Assembly: GCA_002269645.1 (NCBI GenBank)
Contig: NIVC01003110.1
Location: forward strand, 54,930 to 118,929
Length of the DNA: 64,000 nt
Reading direction: 5' to 3'
Origin: Macrostomum lignano
Taxonomy: Eukaryota
Positions 1-12,100 of this stretch are shown in pieces; the stretch's first letter is position 1; the number at the start of each line of letters is the position of its first letter. Under the pieces are notes generated by a model. It saw only the letters and a program-made list of their open reading frames with translations. It was not told where the DNA came from and made no database searches. The position numbers and the translations under genes were made by a program.

Positions 1-140
1 TTGATGATAGGGGAATTCCCCATTTGTCCGAATAGGTATTTCCAACTGTTTGATAAGGGAAGTGCACTCTGATGTAAAACCATCTACAGAATGTAAAAAA
101 GGCATTCGGCTCTTTTCTTTTGTTACAGCGGGCAATTATT

Positions 141-3100
141 ATGCAGCCATCTTTGAATGGTTGCGAAGCGAACCGGCAACCGCACAGTGCTGGCAGTTAT
201 TACAATAGCAATTTCAACTCGGCTAGCGGCGGCGACGAAGACTGCAACTTTGCCAAACTCTATCGAGCTGTTCGGTGCGGCCGTCTAGTTGCCAGTTGGT
301 CCGAATCTGAGCTGCTGGCCTTGGCGCCGCTGCTATCCTGGCATCGGGACCGGCTAAATCTGGCCGAACTATTGGCAGCCTGCCAACCGGAAGCGAATAG
401 CTTACATTTCGGTCACGTGCTTGACTATGCCAATTCCTTGCATTATAGCGTAGAATTTGATGCCATCGGGCACGACGCTAAGGTGGACCTGGAGCGGCGG
501 GTTGTCGATAAGTGCGGCCTGATTGGCGATTTCGTCTCCGTGGTCTGGCCGTCAGCCGCGTCCAGTGGCGAGTTCGAATCCTGCGACCGGCCGGACCAGC
601 AGGCCAGGATGTTGCTTCGGTGAGGCGATTCGCGTTGTTATTTTACATGCTCATTGATTTTTTGACAATTTTTGTTAGTGTTTTATCCTTCAAAACTATA
701 AAATATTCTTTTTCGAAGTTGTCTTGATTATATTTGAATAATGAACCCTTGCTATCCTTGCCATTGATTATCCTTGCCAATCATCATTGATTATCCTTGC
801 CAATCTCCTTTGATTATCCTTGCCAATCTCCTTTGATTATCCTTGCCAATCATCATTGATTATCCTTGCCATTGATTATCCTTGCCAATCTCCTTTGATT
901 ATCCTTACCAATCATCATTGATTATCCTTACCAATCATCATTGATTATCCTTGCCAATCTCCTTTGATTATCCTTGCCAATCTCCATTGATTATCCTTAC
1001 CAATCATCATTGATTATCCTTGCCAATCTCCTTTGATTATCCTTGCCAATCTCCATTGATTATCCTTGCCAATCATCATTGATTATCCTTGCCAATCTCC
1101 TTTGATTATCCTTGCCAATCTCCTTTGATTATCCTTGTCAATCTCCATTGATTATCCTTGCCAATCATTGATTATCCTTACCAATCATCATTGATTATCC
1201 TTGCCAATCTCCTTTGATTATCCTTGCCAATCTCCATTGATTATCCTTGCCAATCATCATTGATTATCCTTGCCAATCTCCTTTGATTATCCTTGCCAAT
1301 CTCCTTTGATTATCCTTGTCAATCTCCATTGATTATCCTTGCCAATCATTGATTATCCTTACCAATCATCATTGATTATCCTTACCAATCATCATTGATT
1401 ATCCTTTCCAATCTCCATTGATTATCCTTGCCAATCTCCTTTGATTATCCTTGCCAATCATCATTGATTATCCTTGCCAATCTCCTTTGATTATCCTTGC
1501 CAATCTCCTTTGATTATCCTTGTCAATCTCCATTGATTATCCTTGCCAATCATTGATTATCCTTACCAATCATCATTGATTATCCTTGCCAATCTCCTTT
1601 GATTATCCTTGCCAATCTCCTTTGATTATCCTTGCCAATCTCCTTTGATTATCCTTGCCAATCTCCATTGATTATCCTTGCCAATCATTGATTATCCTTG
1701 CCAATCTCCTTTGATTATCCTTGCCAATCTCCTTTGATTATCCTTGCCAATCTCCATTGATTATCCTTGCCAATCATTGATTATCCTTACCAATCATCAT
1801 TGATTATCCTTGCCAATCATTGATTATCCTTACCAATCATCATTGATTATCCTTGCCAATCATCATTGATTATCCTTGCCAATCTCCTTTGATTATCCTT
1901 GCCAATCTCCATTGATTATCCTTGCCAATCATCATTGATTATCCTTGCCAATCTCCTTTGATTATCCTTGCCAATCTCCATTGATTATCCTGACTAATCA
2001 TGCCTAAATCGGCCCTAATTTTATAATTTTCTTAGGAGAATGGGCATACACTAAATGTACTCAGTTTTTCAGTTCAGCTTCCAAATTCAATTCCTTCAAA
2101 AACACTACAGAGACATCCTAGTGGCCGTTCGCACCACGGAAGCTCGCGGCTTCGACGCCTTCAACTCTGCCGTCGCCGTTGCTACGTCGCCAGCCGACGA
2201 CAACAGCTCAGACAGCAATGACAGCCCGGCGGCCACCGAGCTGGCCGACTCCGAGCTGCTGTTCCACCACTGCCTGGCCACCCTAGTCGCTGTCAATCAT
2301 CGCCTGCCGGACCTCCTGCCGCCCCGCCGCCTTCTGCCCGGCCTTCTACGCTTGCGCCGAGGCCGTCGCCTACTTCAACACTTGGCTGCTCTGCAGCCGG
2401 CCGCCTGGCGCAGCCTCGTCCGTCAGCTGCTGGCCTGCGGTCCCGGCCGGCCAATCCGTTGGGCCCTCAGCCTGGCCGAGTTGGATCCCGGCCAGTCCGC
2501 TTGGCTAGCCGAGATGTGCGCCTCAGAGCGGCGCTATCCGGACCTGCTGGCCGGCCTGCTGACCCAGGCTACTCCGCCAGCCGCTAGGCCAGCCGCTCTG
2601 CGTCGCTTATTGATGCACGAGTCACCAGACACGCGGGCCTGGTTTCTAGCGGCCGTCACAGCCGCCGCGTCTGGCGGACGGCAGCAGCAGCAGCAGCAGC
2701 AGCAACAGTCTCCAACATCGCCTGGTCCGGCATTCCTAGCCGCTTGTCGACCAGATCTACTGGCCGAGTTGCGCTCGGTTGCATCGGCTAGTGCTATCGC
2801 CTCCTCGCCTGCGGCTGTCATCCTAGCCAGTCAGCTAGTGAAGCTTTACGCTGTACTGCACTGCCACGCGCCAACTCAACCGGCTTTGACCGAATCGGAG
2901 CTGGCCGCCCTCGCCGAACTGTTGACATCGGCTGGGCCGGATGCAACTGGCGGATTAACGGCTGTGTGCGTAGCCTTTGCTCTGATAGCTTATACAGCGT
3001 TTAACGATACCCAACAGGCCAGACTGTTGGCCTGGCTACGCCGGCTGGTTCGGGAGCCCGGCCGGCCCGACTGTCGGTACAAGGTCTGTTGTAGCTTATT

Positions 3101-6100
3101 GGCTTAAATAATCGAACTGTGCCATTCATTCTTGTTAGTCACGTGACTGCATGAAGTGCATGAAGTTTTCTTACAGAACTATAGGACCATTCAAACAGTA
3201 GGAAGAAAATCAAGCATTTTTCGGCCCGTCGAACTGCCTGAAGAGAAAAGAGGCGATAGAGGAGATTTAAGGAGGGATGAGATGAGAGATGGGATGTGAG
3301 AAGATGGGGGGGAGAGGATAGAGCAGAAATAACAGAGACGAGAGGAGATAAAAGAGGAAGAGGGAAGAAAAAGGAGGAGAGGAAAGAGTGCTCAAAGTAA
3401 CGCAGATGAGGAGGGAAGAAGTGAAAGAGGAAATAATAGGGGGGAGAGAAGAGAAGAGGAGAGAAAAAGGACAGGGAAGAGAGGAAAGAATAGAGATAAG
3501 ACCTGAGATAAGACACAAACCTTGAGCGGGCCCGATTGCTATTGAGATTTTCAAAAGACAAAAAAGCGATTGTTTTTTTTTCTAATTGTTATGTTTAGTA
3601 AAGAAATGCTCCATTGATTTTTTTATTTGTAAAAAAGACAAGAAATAGGATATTGATATACTTTTATAATGCATATTAGCTCAAGCCCAACCCCCCCCCA
3701 AAATGTTTTACTAAGAAACGAGGGGCCAAGAGCCCCAGATGAATGTGTCATTGAAGTTAATCGGCTACCTATTTGTTATAAACCAAACATTTTATCCTTA
3801 TAAACCAAACAGGAGGTGCTGCTCCTCTGCGCCAGCCATCTGCACTCCAGACAGCAGGGCCAGGCCTGCGAATTTCTAGACGGCCTACTGGGCCTTCGTC
3901 AGGCTGCCAAACGAGCCGCACAGCAGCAGCAGCCGCATCTGCCCTCTACTCATCAACAGCTTCAACAGCAGCAGCAGCATCATCTTGTACAGCTGGCGCC
4001 GTCTCTCGTGAAAGTGTTCCTTACTGACCTGCTGCCCGAGCCGGCCGCCGCAGCGCACGCTGTTCGAGTTGAAGTGACGCCCGGCCTGACGTCAACAACT
4101 GAAGGTCATCTGCCTGCGCATTGCGTGCTACAGCTGCTGCAGATGCGTTCGTTTGCTAAGTATAAGGTAAATTTTTGCTCTGTGTTCATGGTATTAAACT
4201 TATAGGCCTTTTAAACTAGGGAATAAAATCTGATGTGTGAGATTTTTAATGGCGACCTTAGTTTGGTGAGATTTCGATTGAGAGTGCTTAGTTTGTTGAG
4301 ATTTCGATTGAGAGTGCTTAGTTTGGTGGGATCTGTATTGAGAGTGCTTATTTTGGTGAGATATCGATTGAGAGCTTAGTTTGGTGAGATATCGATTGAG
4401 TGCTTAGTTTGGTGAGATATCGATTGAGTGCTTAGTTTGGTGAGATATCGATTGAGTGCTTAGTTTGGTGAGATTTTGGAGTGCTTATTTATCGACTTCA
4501 AAGACTTCGCTTCGTTGCATTCCTAGGCTGACGTCACTGGCTGGGTGCTGCGCCAGATCAAAGAGTGCCGCGCTCCGCTCAACACGGTCATGCCAACCCT
4601 AATCGAGGCGTTCGCCAAATCTCTCGTACAACCGCACGACAAATGGAGCGCCCCAGCCTACGAGGTCATCAGGCAGACCGATATTCTAGCATTCTACACG
4701 CCCTCCGCCTGCGGTCCGGCAGCCGCCTGCGCGCCCCTTCGTTGCTTTGATAACGAAGGCGAGAACGAGCTCGAAATGTCTACTATTGAACGAGATTTAA
4801 CCCCGCAACTATTGATGCTGTACTATGTACTGTGCTACGTTGATTGCCTGTTCGATTCTAGGCTAGAAATCTCTCGGTCAGGCCGATCTGTGCATCGCTA
4901 CGATAGCAATCTGCTGTCGCGAATTCCTGTCGGTTATCTGGTCAGGCATTGCCAGCGAAGGCCCGAACACTATAGGGTGCTCTATCCGCTGCTGGTGCGG
5001 CTGCTTGTTCTGCGTATGCCGCATCTGCTGCTAACTGAACTGCCTATTCAGGTAATGCGCTGAGTAATACTGAATATACCCCTAGTCCTTTGGTAGCACC
5101 GTTACCCCTTCCCGTCATTCGGTGACTGCCCCCATCCGGTCATTCGGTGACTGCCCCCATCCGGTCATTCGGTGACTGCCCCCATCCGGTCATTCGGTGA
5201 CTGCCCCCATCCGGTCATTCGGTGACTGCCCCCATCCGGTCATTCGGTGACTGCCCCCATCCGGTCATTCGGTGACTGCCCCCATCCGGTCATTCGGTGA
5301 CTGCCCCCATCCGGTCATTCGGTGACTGCCCCCATCCGGTCATTCGGTGACTGCCCCCATCCGGTCATTCGGTGACTGCCCCCATCCGGTCATTCGGTGA
5401 CTGCCCCCATCCGGTCATTCGGTGACTGCCCCCATCCGGTCATTCGGTGACTGCCCCCATCTTGTCATTCGGTGACTGCCCCCATCTTGTCATTCGGTGA
5501 CTGCCCCCATCCGGTCATTCGGTGACTGCCCCCATCCGGTCATTCGGTGACTGCCCCCATCCGGTCATTCGGTGACTGCCCCCATCCGGTCATTCGGTGA
5601 CTGCCCCCTTTCAGTCATTCGGTGACTGCCCCCTTCCGGTCATTCGGTGACTGACCCCTTTCAGTCATACGGTGACTGCCCCCATCCGGTCATTCGGTGA
5701 CTGCCCCCATCCGGTCATTCGGTGACTGCCCCCATCTTGTCATTCGGTGACTGCCCCCATCCGGTCATTCGGTGACTGCCCCTTCCGGTCATTCGGTACT
5801 ATACTGATATTGGTATTGCAGTCTAAGCACAATATATTGATATAGAATATCTATTCACTGCCCGCAGGACGAGCTGGCCCTGTCTCAGGACAGCTGCCCG
5901 GACGACCTTCGCCCAGTCCAGCTGCTGCCGCCGCCTGGCTCGCCGCCGCCTCGTCCAACAGATTTTGTCGGCTGCAGCGCCGCCGAGCTGGCCTCCGGTG
6001 GACACGCCCTGGCCGGGATTATGACCCGGCTAAACTGGCTAGCCAATCGCAAGGCCGACTGTCTGATACCCTACGCTGATTGGCTGGTCCGGCTGCTTAA

Positions 6101-9100
6101 GGCTTCAACCGGATTGGACGGGCCGGCTAGTCAGCTGGTGCAGGAGCGGCTAAAACCGCTGTGGCTGCGGCTCTACCAGCTGATGCCGCGTCGGCTGGCT
6201 TTGGCTACGCTGTCAGCCCTGCGTGGCGTGTCCCTCAGCGAGGAGACCATCGAGAAAGATCCTGTTGAACAGGTAGGACTGAAAGGTTGCTGAGTCAGTC
6301 ACATGTGTATAAAAATGAATAAATATTCTCAGGTGGATTAGATGAATCCTGGCGCAACCATTTCGGCGACATCGTCATACAACCAGCGCTGAGGCAATTC
6401 TGCCCATTCCGCTGACTCCTGAGCACATGCAAGCGCGCCAATGCTGTACGCAGGCACGCACTCATGACTTTCTAATCGCAAGGCATGTACACTCTCTGTG
6501 CCTTGGGGGTTGGCCATCATGGCTGTGAATCGCACGAACAACCCCAGGCTAATTTTCGTGCACACAGGCCCCAAATGAATGTGGCCGCGCACGGAATCGA
6601 ACCAATGATCAAACGTGTTTACGGCTGAGGTCTCAGCCCCCGATGCGTCATCAGTCATCTAAGGCTTACAGAACGTCAGCTTGATTGGCTTTATTGTCGT
6701 CTATCCCGTTGAAAACTTTAACGTGACCAAAATCGCTAGAGTCATTGCAAATACCTCACTAGTGACTCTTGGGGCAACTCTGCGAATTTTTACGACTCAA
6801 ACACCCGCCTGGCTGTCGTAATCCGGTTTTCATCCGGAGCGACGTCCGGAATTTCATCCGGTACGTAATACAAATGTCCTATTTAAAAACCGGATGAGAG
6901 CCGGATGAAAAGTTTACAAACCGGATGAAAACGTGCATATTTGACCTTTCATCCGGGTGTTCAACCAACATTAGTCCGGAAATTCATCCGGGAAGCTATC
7001 CGGAAAGCCGCGGAGAACAGACATGTATGCACGCCTCCACCAGATGAGAAACCGGACGAAGTTCCGGATGAATGCCGGATCAAATGTATGCACATGTCTA
7101 CCGGATGGTAAAGCAGATGACATGTTAAATAACTAAGTAAGGTTGACAACAAGACGAAATCTTTTGAAAACGTAAGAAAACAAATTGCTGGAAACACCTC
7201 AAAGAAAGCAAGGTATATTGCACTTGCACAGAGGGTGGCCAACCTCTAATTCACTGTGCTGGATAGAGTAGTGGAAGCTGAATATATTGAAACCGAAGAT
7301 AATTGTTAAAGTTGCGTGTCGCTAAAAATGCAAATACACAAGACATGCTTGAGTCAAAAATAGAATGGCAAAACCTCACATTGGGTGGACAAATCAGGAG
7401 AAATGGAGAATCAGACGACACACTGTCTTTTGGGCGGCTACAAATTAGTACCAGGCAGAAAAACTAGAAATTTCACAGAAGAAAAACTTCCAGCTACACG
7501 AAGAAACAGGCGCAGACAAAAACTCACTTATAAAATTGGGGACAACAGAAAAAATAGCGACATATACATTTTTCCATACTGGGAGTGAAACAGAAAGTGT
7601 CAACAGAAAACCAGAAACGCAGACCCGAGGGCGATATTACCTATCTGCAGAACAGTGATTACTGTACACGTTAGTAACGTTAAGTAACGTTACTGTTCTA
7701 AAACACCCACCATGATGTACAGATTGCAGGCGATGGGTACATCGTGCACTTTACATACTGCAGAATTTTTGAGGAATTTTTGTCCTCATGATATGCTACT
7801 GTCTAATCGAGCACATGCTCTTAAGACCCCTAGGCGCTACATATTTGATTCGTGACCAATAGTAAGTTGCAGTCGCAGAAGCAGTAGTGTCATGAGCATA
7901 TTGGCGCCACGCCGCGGCCACTGGCAATGGCACACGGCTCCCTCTTACATCCTATAGTCTGCGACAAAACGACTGGCCCACGACTATATAGCCTACTATC
8001 CCATCAGGGAAAGTAGCATATCTTCCGCATTGTGCACATCGCCGGCCGGACGCTGACTTGTGGGCCCAACCTCTGCGAAGACAGTTCTGGCCAGGTCAAA
8101 GATCGCGCTAGCGGGGGCATTGTCCGAGTCAGCGGCGACTTCTTCCGCCTCACTCGTCGGTCCGATTATGCGCACAATCGTACCCACGTCTTCGTGTCTG
8201 CCTGTCCCCCGTTTAGCCGAGCTGCCTGGCCCTGATTGGGCAGAGCCGCCTCGCCGTGGCTTGGCAGTCTTTGTACCAGGCCGACCGTTTAGTGTGTCAC
8301 GGGTGCGCTTTGGCATCCCCAGTCTTTCCCGTGCAGTTTCACCGCAGCGCGTAAACGCGCGCTGCAGCTCTGCAGAAGTGTACTGCACGGAAGCATTGGC
8401 AAGCCACTGCTTGGCGGCGGCCAGCTTTCCGGGATTTGCCGGCACTGAGATGTAGCCGCAAGCCTTGCGACCTGACAGGCTACTGTTCGCCAGCTCGGTG
8501 TCAGTAAAAAATGGCCCTGAAAAGGGCCCTGATCGTCGCCAGTCGGGCCGATCGGCGCGCTAAAAGAAGCTCAGTCTCGTCGCGCTCATCGAGATCGAGG
8601 CCTTCTATTATCGCCTTTTGCAGGTCGGCTAGACGGCTGTCCAGTTCGGATCGGAGCTGCACCGACGTTTTTAGATACGGTTGCTTGTCGGACAGTGACA
8701 CTGTGCCACCTGACAGCAGACTAGCCGACGATGGACCCGCCTTGTTACAGGTGAGCAGTAACTGGCGAGTCTGGGACGCCGACAGCTCGCAATTAGCATC
8801 AAAGGCGCCACCTCCGGGGTCCGCCAGCGCGTCATCGCCAGCGTCAGAAGCCGTGCTGTCCGACTCCACTGGACCTGGCTGGCAGCCAGAAGCTGGGATC
8901 GCTGCTGCGTCTGCAGAGTGTGGCACCATGCACTGTGAGGCCCGAACGATTAGCGCGTTAGCAGTCTTTACATTCCGTTCCAGGTTGGTGAACTTCGAAC
9001 GTTCCTGATCCAATTGTCGCAAGAGCTTTGCTTCCATCTTCTGTGCCACGACTGCCTTCTGCTGCAGAACTTTTATCTCTTCTCGCAATCGGGCTTCAGT

Positions 9101-12100
9101 GACGCGGGCTGCCCGAACCTCGGAACCTGAAATATTGGTTTATTCAATACCCTAGACTACCAATGACCGGATGTACGTACCAGTATATTTATACAAACAA
9201 AACATATGTATGTATGTACGTATGTATGCTAACATGTACACATGCACTACGGCAGAACCTCAGTATACTCACCTTGTGCATTAGTGAGTGTCTTGGCCCT
9301 TTGCAACTCGAGAAGGAGTCCTTTGCAGGACACGCAAGCTCGGGGCAGCTCCGTCGGCTGAGCGTGGACGTTAGTCAAGCTTGCGGCTCCAGAGGCTTCG
9401 GCTTTATTAGAAAATGGTCCCCGTACTAGCCTTTAGTCTTCGCTGTGACAATGCAGACGCGACAGCCTACTTGTACGGGAATAGCCGATTCCCGCGCAAC
9501 GGCAACAATAAGCGGTGCTGCCGTGGATCCATCAGTGCCGACAACTTGGGTCTTGTCAAGATAGTCGTCATATTGAAAAAGGAAGTACCGCTGCGTCCTC
9601 TCTGCTTTGTACGGCACCATATCAGGCGACGGATTGCAACCTGCAGCTGTTGCGCCAGCCTGCAGAGCAGTAGTCGCAGCATCCGGCGGTTGGGTGTCAC
9701 CTGCAGTCGTCACCTCAGCCTGCAGTGCAGTAGCTGTAGCACCTGGCGGTTGGGTGTCACCTGCAGTCGTCACCTGCAGTCGTCACCTCAGCCTGCAGTG
9801 CAGTAGCTGTAGCATCTGGCGGTTGGGTGTCACCTGCAGTCGTCACCTCAGCCTGCAGTGCAGTAGCTGTAGCATCTGGCGGTTGGGTGTCACCTGTAGC
9901 CGTCAAGCCAGCCTGCAGAACAGTAGCCGCAGAATCTGGCGGTTGGGTCTCCCTTGCAGCCGTCCCTTTCTTGCAAGCCACCAAAGAGACCTTGGCCGCC
10001 ACCTTTTTTACACTTGGGCGGTGTCGTTTGACCGGCATGTCGGCTTTCTGTTTTGCTGCGGTGCGTTTACGTGCGGTGGCTTCATGCATAGTCGCTCTGG
10101 AAAGACGTTTAGATAACCAGAGTTGCTTTGGGGCAGAACAGCATCAGAAATTTCTTAATGAGGTGACGTTAATCTTTTCATTAATGAGGTTAATGAGGTG
10201 ACGTTTAGTTAGTGTACTAAACTTTTTACACAGACGAGATAGGAGTTAAGAGCATTCTTAAAACTGAAAGGTTTTGTACTACAACCCCATAGACCACAAG
10301 CGTTAAAGATCGTAGGACGCAATGTTATGAAAGAAAGTAATGAAACAAATGTCTGGAAACATCTTAGAGAACAAAATTGACACACGTTGCATTGCACATG
10401 CACAGAGGGCCAACCTCTAATGTATTTTGCATAAAAGTTCGATAAAGTTTCGATATAAGTTCTGCAGCAGAAGGCAGTCGTGGCACAAAAGATGGAAGCA
10501 GAGCTCTTGCGACAATTAGATCGGGAACATTCGAAGTTCACCATTACTTCATTACTTCATAACTTCACGAAACATACTTCTTTAGTTTTAAAATAGAAAA
10601 GCCTGTCCCCGCTTAGCAGTCCATTGTAACTACAGATCTCACGGCTTCTTCTGGGGGGGCCTCTTTCGGTAAGACGGATATGTCGCGCAGAGGGCGCCGT
10701 CGACGCTTGCCGACCTTCATGTGCTCCAGGGGAGCAGGCGGCGGGCTTGGTGGCATGTCGATGGCAAAGAAGTTCGGGGCCTGCAGGATTGTACGATGCC
10801 GGTGACGACCATGACTCTGCAACCGCCTGTCCCGTTCTTCTGGGGCAGAGCCCCATACCAATCCGCACAGTCTGGACAGCACTGGGCAGGTAGGCGTCTT
10901 CTTTCGTCTCGGCGGCGCGACACATAAGATGGGGGGGCCTCGTCAGGCAGTCTGTTATAGTCTTCTAGGGTGTACCGACCTGCGCCGGGCTGTTGAAGGC
11001 TTGCGCTAGAGCTAGGCAGACATGGCGACGATGGCAGGACGGAGTAGCCAGGACCTTCTTTGTATGCAGCTTGCGTGCTGCATGCGACAGGGGACGACGG
11101 ACCCAGCAATGACGGTGACATAACGTCGCCGTCGGGTGAGACCTCAGGAGTCCACTTTGGCGGCGGCGACCCAGCCACCGTGGTCTCGTCGCCACTGGAG
11201 CGGTCATCGAGGTCACCAAGCACGGAATCTGGAATGACAGTATCGAGCAGCTTTGACCAGTCGATGACGGCCTGCTCGCTCGCTCGCTTGGGTTTGCTCG
11301 ACATCCGCTGCAGTTGGGTTAATGAGCAATAATTTTTTAATTGACATAAATGTACCAGTGCCTATTATACTCGTATGTCTCTATAATACCTTAATAATTC
11401 GTTTTGCTAGTGCCTATGGTAGACTGTTGGTTCTATAATTATTGAGTTAGTTATTTCAAGGAGAGAGAGTAATAGTGCTCAGAAACTTACTAAGAGAAGG
11501 GAGTGGGATAATATACAAAGAGGATTCAGAGAGAGTTGTACCGTGACCCTCTAATCTTGGCGAACGCCCGATTAAGACTGCAAACTAATACATGTACCAG
11601 TACTAAGACCGCTCAGGCCAATACATAAGACGCTACCAGAACGCTACCAGAAACGCTACCAGAAACGCTACCCAGAAAGTATTTGAATGAAATTCTAGGA
11701 AATATGTAAAATTATCAGACAGAGGCAAAAGATCTGTTACAACTTTGGTGGCAGCTTAAGGATAGTTAAAAGGACAGGACCATAACGCCTGTTACAGCTC
11801 GTATCAGCGGTGGTATCCTCTTTCTCACCCGTACGGACGTAATTAAATAAAAATAGTTACTAAAAAATATGGACACAAAACAGTTGCAGTTCAGATTCGC
11901 GATTGCCCAGACGGAGCAAGCAAGACAGTATACTTCTATACAAGTGCAGTTTAGCAGATGAACCAGCATACGAGCGTGATATAGCGAGGCCCGCACTAAA
12001 ATCAGTGACGCGAAATGTACGCATATAGAGGATGTACGCAAAATTAAATTGCATGGGACGCAGCATGACTAAAAATATTTGTTAAGAAAAGCCAAACTGC

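Noticed and set aside
6757-6764. CACTAGTG as a CACTA terminus or excision footprint
   Set aside because: No partner TIR or TSD was found, and an 8-bp palindrome is expected by chance.
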